Source: Amoebidium appalachense
Lineage: Eukaryota; Protista; Ichthyosporea
Assembly: GCA_963693365.1 (NCBI GenBank)
Contig: CAVNZM010000013.1
Location: forward strand, 2,629,817 to 2,693,816
Direction of reading: 5' to 3'
DNA: 64,000 nt
In this document: positions 45,630-60,051 of the stretch, piece by piece
Layout: the number at the start of each line of letters is the position of its first letter
Position numbering within the stretch: the first letter of the stretch is position 1
Translations under genes and position numbers: made by a program
The notes under the pieces: generated by a model
Seen by the model: only the letters and a program-made list of their open reading frames with translations
Told to the model about the DNA's origin: nothing
Databases searched by the model: none

Positions 45630-48600
45630 GCCTGAAGCTAGAGGTTTCTATAACCCAAGTAGAATTTGATATACAAAGAGCAAAAGACGTAGTTAGGCAG
45701 GTTGTGGTTTCGGATGTCAGCGTGCAGTTGCTGTTTGGTTTTGAAATCACTTTCAGCTATGGAGAGTGCTATTGCGTCTATAATAAGAGCACGTTTTTGT
45801 ATGTAGCCAGAGTTGTACTAGACCAATAGTTAAATGTACCAAGCTTGGAAGTGTGTGTGCAAAATGGCAAGTACAAAACGAAGAGTCAAGTGTACAAGGA
45901 GGCGCTTATATACGCGGCAAGCCAACACAGGATCTTTGCACGGTGCCACACTTCAACGATGCCAGACAGAACTCGGCAACATACCCCCTAGATTTACATT
46001 GTCGCGATATGTTATCTCGAAGGAAGTATTTGTAGGCTGTTAGTGAGGAATGATTTAGATATGTAGCGCCTCTTAAACTTTTCTCCTGAAAAGCAATATG
46101 TAGCTTTTTAACTTATATAGAATCATTCATCTACCAGCTTATATTTAACCTTCTTCTTTATTTTTATTGACGACACGGTTACACACTACAAATACACAGA
46201 CTCACAGCCTCTCCCTTTGACATTGGTTATCCAATGGGATGTAATTTTGAGGTTGCGGGGGACCCCTCTCGATTTGCACCTCTCCGAAGATTGTCTCGAT
46301 TGGCTCAAAGCAAACCAATAGGAAATTTGGCTATCTTGGCAATGGCTTTAGTAAATAGCCTAAATAGAACAGCCTTACGCTTCACTGAATATCACCTACT
46401 TCTCTTGATTTGATGGGGTACGCATAACACCTTATTTTTGAGCAATTAATCTATGCAACCTCTTTTCCTTACTATAGCAATTATTACAGCTGTAGTGGCT
46501 ATTGAATAAAGGTAGTTTGGCCGTAGTGCCTATTTGGAGGTGTGGGGGGGATACTTGGGGTTCCTTGTTGATACTGGATTAGCCAATCACAATTCCTGTC
46601 CGCACGTTTTGTTTTGTTTTTCTTGGCAGCAGTTAGATTTTAGCCAATCGGAATACTACTTCGCACAAATGCTTCCTTAGTATCCGCATCCCGCACTTTC
46701 TGGCGTGACTCTGAGGGGCGATGGTCATATGCATACAATCACTATCACGGCAAAAATCACGGCAGTGGCGGGAACAAATATTACTAATATTTTTGATTCT
46801 TGTGTTTCTTTGCCTCATGATGATACATACAGTGGTGCGACGAGGCTGACAGACTACGCCCGCAACGGGGAGCCACGTGCACGTGGCCGTGCACTGCCCC
46901 GCGGTAACCGTTCCTCTTCAACTCCTGAGAACAAGCCGCACCATGATCATGATCATGAGAAACGCCGGGTCACCGTTCGGTCTACTGTCAGATTGTAGTT
47001 ATAGGTGTAGCTACGTTGAACTGGCTTCGTGGTGTCTATTTACGTAGGGCCCCCCCCGTCCAACTTGGCCTTTTTCCACAACGGGGCCATTTGGTTGGCT
47101 GCGTAACTTACCAGATCAGAGTTGACAGGCCCGGGCTGCAGCTGCACGGCGATGCATATTGTAGTATGGGGACGAGGCAGTTCTCCCAGGCCGCGGCAGG
47201 CTATGGCATTGAATTTGACCTCGATTTGGCAACTGCCGACTCGAGCTCAACGACGAGACGCCGTGGCAAAACGTTGGCATGACGCTTGAGAGCTCTCCAG
47301 GATTCTTTTCCGTGCTTGGTACGTGCAACTGCCAAGGCCCACTGCGTATGTGGGTGCGTTTACGGGTGTCCAACCCTTGAAGTCGGATTATTACAGGGCC
47401 AGAGCTCGACATCTGAGGCCGAGTCAGTATATACATTGTGCAGGCAGGTTCCGACTTTCAGATGTGTGTGCAGGGCAATGCCTTAACACCATGGAGATAA
47501 TAATTGTGCCCTTTCGAACGAAGGCTCGGCAAGTTGTATTAGTTATTTATTTATAACAAAGGCCACCAGCTGTCGTGATATTCTTGCTTCCAAGCCTGCA
47601 GTGCTGTTTACGTCTCTCTCCCATTTTCTCTCTGTGTTGACTTGCAATGTTGCATGCAATCATCATTGTAGGCTACCGGGGCGGTCGGTCCGGTAGCTAC
47701 TAACGTACGCATGCCATGCATTCATTTCTGCCAAGTCAACCCGGCCTACTATGTCACAGTCAAGGCCTAGAAGCTTTGTCGTGCTCGAACTTTCTTATTA
47801 TGAGCTCCAATGTACGTATACATGTACATGTCACTGTGGAAATTCAATGTGTGTGGAAAAGGAAACAAGTTTTTTTTTGATTTTCTTTGACTTGAATGGC
47901 TACTCTGAAGTCCTAACCCTCAGCTTTCAATCCCCCCTGCGCCTCCCCCCTCCCCCCCCCCCCCCCCCCCTCCCCTCCGACCCCCGGGGCCTGCAGGGGG
48001 CCACCCACCCCCGCCGTCAGAGTCTCCCTTCCCTCCCTCAACCCCTCCCCCCCAGGCCCCCTCCCACCCCCTCCTCTTCCTCCCTCCCAGCCCCCAATCC
48101 AAGTGTTCTCCCGGCCACCACCTGCATCACCACGTGCACCGCTATTAGACCTCCTTTCCGAGGGAGAGAGAGACATGTACCATTCCGTTTTCTCTTTTTT
48201 TAACCTGGCCTGGGGGCTCACATGCACAGAGAAAATTCTTGCTCTCTGTCTCTTTGGAAGGCGGCTCGACGATCGTAGCTACCCTCAATAAAGAAAAAAA
48301 CACCAAAAGTCAGAAGGAGAAGATTTGAGACATCGACTTAAGTTAGCTGCCTGGCTGCAGTTGAGCATGAGGAAATTGTGTGTGCACATGTGTTTGTGTG
48401 TGTGCACAAGTGTGTGTGTGTGTTGGGAGGGAAGGGGGAGGGGGGGGGGGGGGAGGAGGGGGGGGGGGGAGAGCGATTAACGTGTCGGACTATCAGGCAA
48501 ATACAGTTACACCGTGGCCGTGATCATTCTGTGTGAATTACTGAAATAATTTGGTAAAGTGGTATACTCGTGATGCCCGGTATATACCGTAGTATCATCC

Positions 48601-49064
48601 GACAAACGACTGACAGATTCAGACCCCCCCCCCCCCCCCCCCATCCTCCTCCCCCTCCATCCCCCCTCCCCTCTCCCAGCCCCTCCCGGCCCCTCCCCAC
48701 CTCCCCCCCCCCACCCTTCTCTCTCCCCCCCCCCTCCCCCCCCCCCCCCCCCCCCCCCCTTCCCCCCCCCCCCCCTCCCCCCGCACCAGCACCATATCTG
48801 CAGTTGGTAGGGGCTTCTTCTGGGTCAAGCCGTGCCTTCCACACAAGATGTCATTTCTTTGTTGACGACTAAGGAATCTTGAATCTGTAAGGGGGGGGGG
48901 GGGGGGGGGGGGGGGGGGAGGAGATAGTAAATATATACGACTCCCCTGGTGGTGCCCCCCCTCCCACTCCCCCCTTCCCCTCCTTCCTCCTCCCGTCCTC
49001 CCACCCTTCTCCCCTCCCCCTCCGAGGGAAGGGGGCCACCTGCTCGAAGGGCGTATGGTCCCCC

Positions 49065-49105
<41 letters not shown>

Positions 49106-49353
49106 CGAATGATGGCCAACTTGAATATATCTCTCACTTAACTCCACCTCACCGTGCTGGGATGAACTTCGTGTGTTGTGTATACACATGTGTGGGGGGG
49201 AATTTAATTATGTGTGTGTGGTGTGCCTGTGTGTGTCTTGTTACTTGCGCGTGTGTCCTTGCCGCATCGTACCAGGTTCTTTAGCATGTGTGTGCGAAAA
49301 CATCGTGTTGTTGGATGAATGCAGCAATGTGCTAAATCATTGGTAAAATACAG

Positions 49354-49407
<54 letters not shown>

Positions 49408-51563
49408 TAATGCTGTGTTTGTGTGTGTCTTTGCGTGTGCTCGAGTGTGCCGCTGTGCCATTGTGTTCACGTCTTGTGGATATGGTACCGTGAGTCTGTG
49501 CCTAGCTAGTCTTTGCCTGCATTGGAGCTCTCCCGGAACACACATGTGTGTGTGTGTTTCTGTGACATGTATGTGTTCGTGTTCCTGCAAGTATGTGATG
49601 CGTGCATGCACGTAAATGCGCACGGGGAAGGGGGGGGGGGGGGGGAGGGGGAGGGGGGGAGGGGGGGGAAGGACTTGAAGCGAGACAGACGGCAGGGGGG
49701 GGGGGGGGGGGGGGGAGGAGGGGGGGGTGGCTGGCTGGAGGGCGACACGCGGAGTGTGAGAGAATCACGGGGGGCGAGAAAATAGGCGAGCGTGTGTTTG
49801 TGTCCGAGGACGAGAGTGTGTGTGGGTTTAAATGTGATACTGTGTGCACCACAGCGGCATGTGTGTGTGAGCATGCCTGCAAGAATCCGTGTGCAAGTGT
49901 GGGAGTCACGGTGCATGTCTTTCTCTTGCCAGTATCTGTTTAATTAGTTGTGTAAATACGTAAGTGAACTTTGTATATGTGGCATGTATGCGCATGTGTG
50001 TGTAAAAAAACGTGTGAAATATGTGTGAAAGTGTGCCCGTGTATGTGCGCCCCGGCTGTGGGGAGTCCGGAGCCCCACCTCCCTCCCCCTTATCCGCCCT
50101 CCCCTCCCCATCCCCCCCGCGGCCAACACACACACACACAGGAACCGGGGGAAGGGGGGAGGTGGGGGGGGGGGGGGGGGGAGGGGGGGGGGGGGGGGGG
50201 GGGATGGGGGGATTAGGGGGGGGGGAGGGGGGGGGGCAGAAACGGGGGGGGGGGGGGGGGGGGGGCAGGGGCGGTGGAAGGGGGCAGGGGGGAGGGGGGG
50301 GACGGAGTCACTAAAGGATCCCCGTAGTGTATGTAATACTGAGTTTCAGGTGACCATGTGATGGACTCTTAAGTTGAAGTGTTTACAGTTTTGTAATTTT
50401 ATAATATGCAAACAGCTGCTAAATCGTATTACCCTCATATTATCATCATATCTGTTATACTCATGGCAACCTGTGGGATAAGCAGGGGGGTGCGGGCAGG
50501 TCTCCCCTCCCCCTCCCCCCCCCCCCCTCTCCCCCTCTCCCCCTGTCAGCCGGATGGGTGGGTGTGGTGCCCCTCCTTTCTCATCCCCTCTCCCCCCTCC
50601 CCTTCCCTCTCCCCCCTCCCCCCCCAGTTGGTATTTACCCTTCGCCCCCCCTCCCCCTCCCCCCGCCTCCCCCCGCACCTCCTTTCCCCAACCTCCCCCC
50701 CCCCCCACCAACACCACCAACACACAAACATATACACTTGAAGCAACCATGAACATGAATGACTACATCTATCATAGTTTCATGCTATTCCATATCGAGC
50801 ATATAGAGCTGTTGACTCTGTCGAAGAACATACGTAGCCAAGAGAAGGGGGTGGGTGCCACAGTGTGTGCACGCGCGCATGCGTGTGTGTGGGTGAGCGT
50901 GTAAGCGTGTATTTGGGTGTGTGTGTGTGTGTGTCCGTGCATGACGCAGTTTCAATGATTCCGCAGTTATACAGGCTTACAGGTGTGCGCACACGAACAG
51001 CTGTGTGTATGTGTGTTGCTTCTTCAACCCACCAATAGAACCCCCCCCCCCCCCCTGGGGAAGAAACTAAAGACAAAGTAGTGACTTTTTAAAAGGGGAA
51101 AAAAAGAACCTTCCATCCTTCCCACATGAAGAAGACACACAATGATGGCCCATGGGTGGCCTGTGTGCAACCACAAGAACGGCTGCAAAGATCCCGTAAA
51201 ATTACATGAATTTTGATTGTTTATTACGGTGTATACGTAATCACGGGCTTCAGATGTCAAACTTGCGGCCGGGCCCAGCCCATTGCCTGTTGGCAAAAAT
51301 CGGAAACCTTCTTCAGTGTACATCAGGTGTTGCCTAAGTATTGCCTAAATACATAAAGGAAGGGTCGTCCTGCGTGGTCCATTTTTGCCCAAAAACAAAG
51401 GAGCAAAAAGAGGCAGGCAGAACCATAATTCACCAGAGAGAGGTTTGAACGGAAAGGTTCAAGTACAGAATAGGGCAAACTTGTGGATATTACAGTAGCA
51501 GCTGTGTGGTCCCCAAGTGCCCAAAACATAAATTCACAAAGCCCTGAATTTTCAAATCAAGAT

Positions 51564-52268
51564 TTACATGATCAAGGCGGCGGCGGCAGCAATCAGGCCC
51601 ACAGCAGAGATTGAGATTGCGTTTGAATTTGCGCCACTGGTGGCGGTGGTGGTGGGGGTTTGGGCGGCAGCGGTGGTGGGGTTGCCAAATATGGAAGTGG
51701 TGGGCGCGGTGGGGGTGTGGGTGGGCGCAGTGGTGGTGTTGGTGCCGTTGCGGGCCCCTGTGATTGGTCGGCGTGAGTCAGAGGTTGTGGTGGGGTAACA
51801 GAGATGGGGGGGAAGGTGTGGGAGGGGAAGGGGGGGAGGATAGAGACGTTGGAAAATGGGGATCTTTCTTCGTGCAAAGTACGACAAGGATAAAAGAGAA
51901 GTGTGTGCTAACTAACAAATGGGATATCATGGAACTGAGCAAAGGATAATTTCCACAAAGGAGGTGGTGGTGGTCTTTGCGGGTGCCGGGGGGGGGGGGG
52001 GGGGGGGGGGTTGCAGGCCGTGGTACTTTTTGTACCATTGAGCAAGGAAGGAAGGGTGATGGTGCCAGTGCTAGTAGCATTAAGTTGGTGTGTTCTGTAG
52101 GAGCAAGTTAAAACAAGCAGGTAGGAGGGCAGGCAAAGCACCTAAATACTGTTGCATAGTGTATGGTACCAGTAAGAGCGAGAAATCCAGTAAAAGAGGG
52201 TGTCTTTAGGGGGAGAAGGGGGTGGTGTACGTGTGTGTGTGTTACCAGTGGGTGGGGGGGGGGGGGGG

Positions 52269-52310
<42 letters not shown>

Positions 52311-52481
52311 TGATGGTGCACACAGTACCTCCCTCGTCGATGCGCAGGGACACCTCCGGGTTCTGGCCCGTGGGGGAGTCGACAGGCACACACTGGGCAC
52401 TGGCTGCCGAGATGGTGAGCACTGGCGGGGCCTGGCACGTGGGGCTGGTGAAGAACGACAGCGTGTACGTGTTGCCTTCCT

Positions 52482-52514
<33 letters not shown>

Positions 52515-53526
52515 GGGGGAGGTCACTTAAAAGTCAGCGTCCACGTTCTTTTTCACGTAAAACCTTATGTTTTCTGAGCCAACTTTCAAATTGGATCAAT
52601 TTGTGCATGTTCAAACTGGAAATATGGGCTCACCTGTGGTGCAGGCACATACGAAACTTAATGAAAAGGTGGAAAAACACGGGCGCATGATATCGATGTG
52701 ATGCTTTTACATCATCAGACGATGATGTCTCGCTCTTTACATGATGATACACGCACATGCTTACACACTCACACAAACTACAAGCACACACACACACACA
52801 CGCACACGCACCTTTGTGAATGTGCCGTACGTGCCCATGGCTGCCTCGGCACATGCTCCCGTGTTTGGCTCGGCCTGGCGGCACACACCCTCCCCAGCAC
52901 ACGAGGTGCCGTTGAAGTAGCACACATTGGCCCCATGCACCTGGCCTGTGTGTGGAAACCGGCTTTTAATGTAAGTGTGTGTTACAGACGTTGTGCAATG
53001 CCCCCAATAATCGTTTCATAAGTACATCGATCACTAGCTTATTGTATTCCGGTTGTGTTTTTTTCCCCGACGGTTGTATTTTTTTTTTTTTTCCCCGACG
53101 GCTGGATAAGTTTATTATTTTATTATTATTATTATTATTATTTTTAGGGGAAGAGGGGGGGGGGGGGGGGGGGGGGGTTTGAGAACTATGAAAACCCGAG
53201 GACAGTTTTCGGTGGTGGCATTCATGGTCACAGTGGTAGATGGGATATTAATCAAAGTGGGTAGATATCTTCCTATCCATGTACACGTGTGTAATCATTG
53301 GAGGGAGCTCGAGTGGGGAACAAGGGGGAGGGGATATTGTTGGGGGTGAGGAGATAGGGGAGAAGGGGTCGGGAAAGAGGACGAGGGGTGAGGGGGTTGG
53401 AGAAAGAGAGAGAGAGAGAAAAGATTTCATAGGAGGAACAGACAAAAAGTTGAGAGGCACAAGGGGCATTCACTCACCGATGGCGAGGGCTGCAACAAGG
53501 GCAACGGAAGCAGAGAAGGCCTTCAT
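51564..53526 (-). CDS. Small secreted Cys-rich protein with Thr-rich stalk and putative GPI signal. Exons 53526-53478, 52945-52812, 52479-52329 (3' boundary uncertain), 51757-51564
   Basis: MKAFSASVALVAALAI|GQVHGANVCYFNGTSCAGEGVC...TFTK|EGNTYTLSFFTSPTCQAPP...CVPVD...|GARNGTNTTTAPT...SGANSNAISISAVGLIAAAAALIM*; GT-AG, in phase. Confidence 0.8.
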
Positions 53527-53882
53527 TTTCGTTTGCGTAAGGAAAGAGAAACTAGGTGGTTTGAAAGAGTCCAGTGTGTGTGTGTGCGTCTACGGCTGCT
53601 GCCTGTATGCCTCGGGGCCGAGTGTTTGTGTGCCATATGCAAACCTTTTCAGCGCCTTTAATACCATTTTTGTGGCGGAAAAGTTGCTGCAAAGTAATGG
53701 TGCGTTACTAATTGCACACCCCACGTTGGTTGGGGCGCTATTTTTGTGATATGGGTCACGCGGGCGAGCGCGCGATTATGACACGTGTAATAGAATGTGA
53801 CGCGCATCAACATTTCTCAGCATCTTCCTGGCATCCTGGGATCCGGAGACATTTAGACACCGGGGGGTGGGGTGGGGTGTGT

Positions 53883-53913
<31 letters not shown>

Positions 53914-54580
53914 GGGAGGGAGGGAGGGATCCGGAGGGGATTGGGAGAGGACCAGGGTGGTGGTGGTTGGGGGGGGGGGGGGGGTCCAGAGGGTTTGGGG
54001 AAGGGGGGGGGGGGGGGGGGGAGGGGGAGGGGGGGAGGCCTGGGAGGGCTTATATTTACAGCATGATGGCTCCTCACGGGAAGCCATTCCAGCCAAGCAT
54101 CGGAAATCATAAGCCGAGCCCACTTTGAAACACGAGGCTTCATTGCGCAGGTCGGCCGCCGTCGGCCGCCCCGCGCTGAGACTAAGAGTCTGAATCTGCC
54201 ACGGTTTGAGAGGCCAAAGCCTAGTCACTTTGAGTGCTGTCTCCCTGCCGCCTCTAAGTTACATAAGTTGGAGACCAGCCAAAGCCGCCCGATTCCGCCG
54301 TCGGCCTAAACCAATGATAACAATGAATAAAACGAATAGATCTAGATATATTTAGCGCAATTTGATTGGGTAAATAGATATTGCCTAAGTCGTCGATTCA
54401 GCCGGGTGAGTCAGCCCTCAGAGTTCAAGTGGGAAAAAAAGAAAAAAAGAAAACAGAAAACAAGAAAAGCAAAGAAAAGTGAAAAAACAGGGGGGAAATG
54501 CAAAAACATGCATGCCAAGCCGCCCGATTCCCCCATTGTATCTCAGTGAGAGCGCCTGAAATTCCGGTTGGCATTGTGTA

Positions 54581-54834
54581 CAGATACCGTCCGCGAATAA
54601 GAACCACCGCCAATAAGATTTCGGCCCCGGCAAAATCGGTTCTTTTTTTTTTTTTTAAGATTCTGCCCCCCGGCAAGTTTTAAGGGTGATCTTATTGGCG
54701 GACGGATGAATAGATCATACTGGATGGTAAGATTCTGACCCCGACCCTCCAATTTTTATTATTTTATTTTATTTTTTTTATTATTATTTTTTTAGATTCC
54801 GCCCCCGGGGGTTCTTATTCGCGGACGGTATCTG
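54581..54834. mobile_element. 254-bp MITE with perfect 25-bp TIRs and TA TSD (Tc1/mariner/pogo-type)
   Basis: ta|cagataccgtccgcgaataagaacc ... ggttcttattcgcggacggtatctg|ta. Confidence 0.92.
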
Positions 54835-55921
54835 TACACTACATACATTGCTTTTCTTTTGACTCGGGTTTATTGATCCGTTGATAAAAGCAACGTGCAG
54901 CCACAGGCTACATAACCACCAATAGAACTGAAAAAGCCATTGCTTTCCTCTCACCGTATTACATACCAAAATTCACCGAATCCGAAGCTTAAGCTTCGTG
55001 TCACGCGTACAACAGGAACGGTGCCACAATCCGCAGGTAACGAACCCAATGTCTGTAGCGGGCGTGTCCACTCGTGACACGAATTCACATGACACACAAA
55101 GCGGCGCTTTGAACAGGCTGCTTTGCACGTGCGCCAAAGAGTGCCTCTCCTCTCCCTCCGCCCCACCCTCTCTCTCTCGCTACCCCCCCACCCTCTCCTC
55201 TCTCGCATTTACACACAAGTGCTCGCACACACCCACACCCCCTCTCTATAACTGATATACGATTTACACACAGACCGTGATCCACACACACATCCAACTA
55301 CTGAGCGATCCAGGGGGGAGGAAATATCAATGTTAGGTGTGTGTGTGCGCGTGTGTGTGCATGTGCGGGCACGCACATTTTTTAATAATGTGTTTGTGTG
55401 TGTGTGTGTGTTGGGAAGGGGGCCGGGTAGACAGGGGGGGGGGGGGGGAGGGAGGGAGGGGTCTGCTTCTGTATACCCAGACACTAGATCTCGAGCCGCG
55501 ATCACTGGTATGATTCAGTATTTGTCAAACAGAAAACTATCCCCATGGACCACAAACACATTCAATAGTACAGACACCTTTTCGCGTGTGATACACAACC
55601 CCTTTGGCTTGTAATAGATTTGCAACGCTGTTACTCAAACTGCAGATCTTTCGTTACTGAAAGCACGAAAAACCACGAGCGACGAAACAAGCAGAAATCG
55701 CAAAAAGACAAGATTACACGTGGCCCTAAACTAATAATCCCACATGGTTATTACACGAGTTTTCATTATCATTGCATGCAAACCCGGTTACATGTACGTA
55801 TCCCTTTCTATTTTTTTCCATCGGTCTTTTTTTTTTTTTTAAAGGGGGAAAAACAGAAATGCAGAAATAAACAAACAACCCCCACATCTCTTCTCAGATT
55901 CCTGCTGCTGATTACAAAACT

Positions 55922-56265
55922 ACCAAAAACCCATCAGCGATACAGCAAAACCGCCTAAAAGAAAAATGAAAGGGAAATATACATAATACCCATGACGTAT
56001 ACAGTAAAAACTACCCAAAAAAAATACCAAAAACCCATGAGTTATGCAACAAAACCACAGTTTTCATCTCCCAATATTTCCTTAAGAACCCAGTTTCAGA
56101 ACGGCCAATCATAGAATTACAATATTGCCAAATCACGCGCAAGTGACCCACGATTTACAGAACCCCCCCCCCCCCCCCCCCCCCCCAACACATACACACA
56201 CCAAGAAAAAAAAAAAAAAAAAAAAAAAAAGTACACCCATGAGTTAAAGAGCAAAAACTACCAAA
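55922..56265. repeat. Four degenerate copies of an ~30-bp motif (acccatgag..ata.agcaaaaactacc)
   Basis: Copies near 55922, 55988, 56027 and 56235. Confidence 0.5.
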
Positions 56266-57750
56266 CACTCACACTTCACCGCATATGAAACCACAGGTAG
56301 CTGTGCAAATTGCACACCCCCGGTGCTTCGTATCTCGGGTACTGGAGTCAGGAGGTTGCCAGTCGTTTCAGCCGTTCGGCAGGTGGCACGGTGGGTCAGG
56401 CAGATGGGTTCTTATCTGTGTTCAATGCATGGGTTAGGGGTTAGACAGTTCACCACCAGCCAGAATGGGCTGTGTATTAGTAGTTAGATTTGATTAAGGT
56501 GTGTTAGCTTCAACGGTAGCTAGCTAGCACCATTTGTACCCTAGGTAGGGTACAGTCGGTGCTAATAGTAGAAGACGGTAGTTTCCTATGAGGGGCTCAT
56601 AAGGGGCCCATCCGGGCCGGGCAAAAAACGGCATTTTTTTTTATTAAAAAAATGAATAAAAGTAAGAGGTTCGACAGTGGGTAGCTTTGTGATTATATGA
56701 TTCTGTAACAGCAATAGAGATTGGGGATGTCTCCCACCCTTCTTCCCCCACCCACCCACCCACCCTGCACACACACATCACCCGCACCCCCCCCCCCCCC
56801 CCCCCACCCACCCACCCACCCACCCACCTGCACCGCCACGACCCATCAACCTTCCTCCGGCGCATTTAGAATCTTTTACAGCTTGTGGAAGAAAAAAAAA
56901 AATCAATTCTCTGAGCATCACACCCAGCGGTATGGACATGTACCCAAACTTATGCATATGAAATGCCAGTATTCCAAAACCAATAACCAGGTACTTAGCG
57001 GCACAAACCTTAGCCACCTAAACGTTTGCTCCTCCCTCCCTGTTGCCATTTTGGGCAATAAAAAGAAAGTGCATCTAGCATGTGGATTGCCATTCAGTGT
57101 ACCGCCTTATAATCCCCCCCCCCCCCCCCCTCCTCCTCCAAAAAAAAAAAAAAGGGGGGGGGGGGGGGGGGGGATGGTGAGGAGGTTAGCTTGAGCATGT
57201 AATATGAAAACAAAGACGATATAGGATCAGACACATAACACAACAAATAGGTGCACATGCTTGTAGAAAGATCGAAAGGCATAGGAGCCCACAAAGTGGG
57301 CGAAGAGAGAGGGAGGGAGGGAGGGGGTGGGTGGAGCGTAGGGTAAGGTGGAGGTGGGCAGGGGTATTAAAAACTAAAGGATAACCAAAAACCAAGGATT
57401 CATCACTACTCCACTGATCACGAACCTAAACACAACTGAACACAATCAGCCGAGGGAAACGGGAAACACGGGAGGGAGGGAGGGAGGGAGGGAGGGAGGA
57501 AGAGGGGGGGGGGGGGGGGGGAGGGAGGGGGGATAATGTGTACACCGTCCGAAGTATACGTTTACAACAAAAACCACAAAGCTATCAAGTCAAGTCCCGC
57601 AACAAAGAGCAGACACAAAGACACGGGCGGACGAGGGAAGGAGAGAGAGTGAGTGAGAGGGGGGGAGGGGGAGGGGGAGGGGCGGGGGGGAGGGGGGACT
57701 CATAGGGGAAAAAATCAAGCAGGATAGGTTGGCACGCAACATTCACTTAC

Positions 57751-58886
57751 CCTCTCTGTCAATCTGCTGCAGGACCTGGTATGCCGCATTTGTTGCCACG
57801 AGGGTTACAAACAGGGACCTGGGCTTGGGCCCGTGCTTGCGAACAGTCGCCGGGTGCACCAATTTGTCTTCGCACTTAAAGCAATTGCAGGGTTTTCCTT
57901 GCGGCGTTTCTTCACCGGGGGTAAGAAGGTCCAGGTGAATGTGGGTCTTTTTTTGGTCGGTTCCACATCAGTGATGGCGGGTTTTTCTTTAACAAGTTCC
58001 ACGGCGGCAATGGTGGGTGCTTCTTTAACGGTTCCACGTTGGCAATGATGTGTGTTTCTTAACCGGTTCCGTGGAAGTAATGGTGGGTGTTTCTTCAAGT
58101 ATAACCGTTTCTACGTTGGTGATGGTGAGGTCTTCTTTAACCGGATCCATCACATCGATGGCGGGTGGTTCCATGGTGTTGGGGGCGGGAGTCTCTTTAA
58201 CTGATTCTCCGGTGGCGATGGTGGGTGTTTCTTTAACCGATTCTCCGGTGGCGATGGTGGGTGTTTCTTTAACCGATTCGACGGTGGCGATGGAGGGTGT
58301 TTCTCTAACAGGCTCCTCGGTGGCAATGGTGGGTGCTTGTTTAACCGGTTCCAATTTGGCGATGGTGGAAACACCTATTGCAAATTCACACATGTTAGTA
58401 AGACACTATGTAAACCAGGTAATTTAAGACAGACTCAGTCTGCCAGCCGGGACCACAAACATTTAATGGGGGAATGACTAAATTATGGCTTGTGATACCA
58501 GTTCTCCAAAGTTTAACCCCCTACACGATTTTAGCAGAACAGCTGCTTGCCTTTTGCCAGCAAAGTTATTGCCAGCCGGGCCTCAAGTTCACATATAATT
58601 CATGTACTTTCTTGGCCCACACCTTCCATTTTCCTTGCTGGAAGAAAAAGTTTTGTATGTGCATGCATCTTTGTTTGTCCGTGTGTGTGTCTTTTTTTTT
58701 TTTTTTTTCCCCTGAATGATTGTGTGGTACAGCAGGGTAGGTAAGATCGGATGTCCGGGAAAAGAGGGGGAGGAGGGGGGGGGGGGTGGGGGGGGGGGGG
58801 GGGGGGGGGCTGCGGCAAAGGTGATGAGAGAAAGGGCGGTGTGTGTGTGTGTTTGGTGGGTGGGGGTGAGAGGTGGGGGGTGGTTG

Positions 58887-58926
<40 letters not shown>

Positions 58927-59832
58927 AGCAAGCTTCTGCACAGACCAGAATTTATCAAACATGCGCTATAGGATCTGTGAGCCACAAACACCGATGTTCT
59001 AATTAACACCCATGCTCCCCTCCCCCCCCTCCCCCCACCCCCCCAACCCTCCTCCTCCCCCCACTTCTCCTTCTTCCAACCTACTTCCGGCCCTATCACA
59101 GACTCACAGAAGTTTATGTGCGCACGACCAGCAACAAATTGCAGCAAGGGCAAGTACAACTTATTTACAACTACAATCATTCATGCATACACTGCATTGA
59201 ATATCGCTCATAAAGCAGCCTTCTTGTCTATGTACCAAATTGCCCCCAAAAGCACAAACATGGCTCAGCCCCCCCCCCCCCCTCCCCCCCCTTCCCCCCC
59301 CCCCCCCCCCCCACACACACACACCCTTCCCCCGCCACAGCCACAAAAAAAAAAGGGGGCGGGGGGAGGGGGGGGGGGAGGAATGAGGAGGGGAGGGGGG
59401 CGGGGGGGGGAGTGGCGTGCACTAAGGGGTTTTTTGACAATGTAGACCAGGCAAGCATTGAACGTATTTAAACAACATCACAAAAAGTCGACTCACAACA
59501 ACGAAGGCAATCTTAGAAGGGGATGGGCACGAGACACTTGAATAACCCCCACGCCGGGAGCAGAGGGGGGGGGGGGGGGGGGGGGGGGGGTGGGAAGGGT
59601 GAAAGAGAGGGGAATCATAGGTTGGCACACAACGTTCACTTACCGTTTTTGTCAACCTGCTGCGGAGGTGGCACAGCCGCTGTCGTGACGGGATGGTGAT
59701 TACACCTGGGCACGTGGTTGTGCTTTGAGACTGTTGACGTGTGCACCATCTTGCCCTTGCACACATAGCAGTAGCATGCTTGCTGCCTGGGCTTCTTCTT
59801 GACCTTTTCCATGGCGGTGAACTTGTGCATTC
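57751..59832 (-). pseudogene. Frameshifted multi-exon gene with two CxCxxC-x10-H zinc-finger-like modules and 12-aa acidic repeats (exons ~59832-59644 and 58374-57751)
   Basis: KKKPRQQACYCYVCKGKMVHTSTVSKH and KKRRKE..CNCFKCEDKLVHPATVRKH; both exons end QQ(V/I)D..G|gtaagt; 36-nt repeat TIATGESVKETP; several 1-bp frameshifts in the second exon. Confidence 0.6.
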
Positions 59833-59955
59833 CTGGTGCAAAACCACGGTCACACGGATGTGAATTAGATTCAGCAAACAAGACGAAAGAAAAGGGGTGG
59901 ATAAGGACATCATGGGAGCAGCTGTTATGATCTTTGAAGGAGTTTATCGGTCACA

Positions 59956-60051
<96 letters not shown>

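Noticed and set aside
52022-52096. Extra exon (LNATSTGTITLPSLLNG) in the small GPI gene
   Set aside because: Its phase does not match the flanking exons as assembled; it cannot be supported without transcripts.
57960-58370. CRISPR-like 36-bp periodicity
   Set aside because: Contiguous coding tandem repeat without unique spacers; eukaryotic context and no cas genes.
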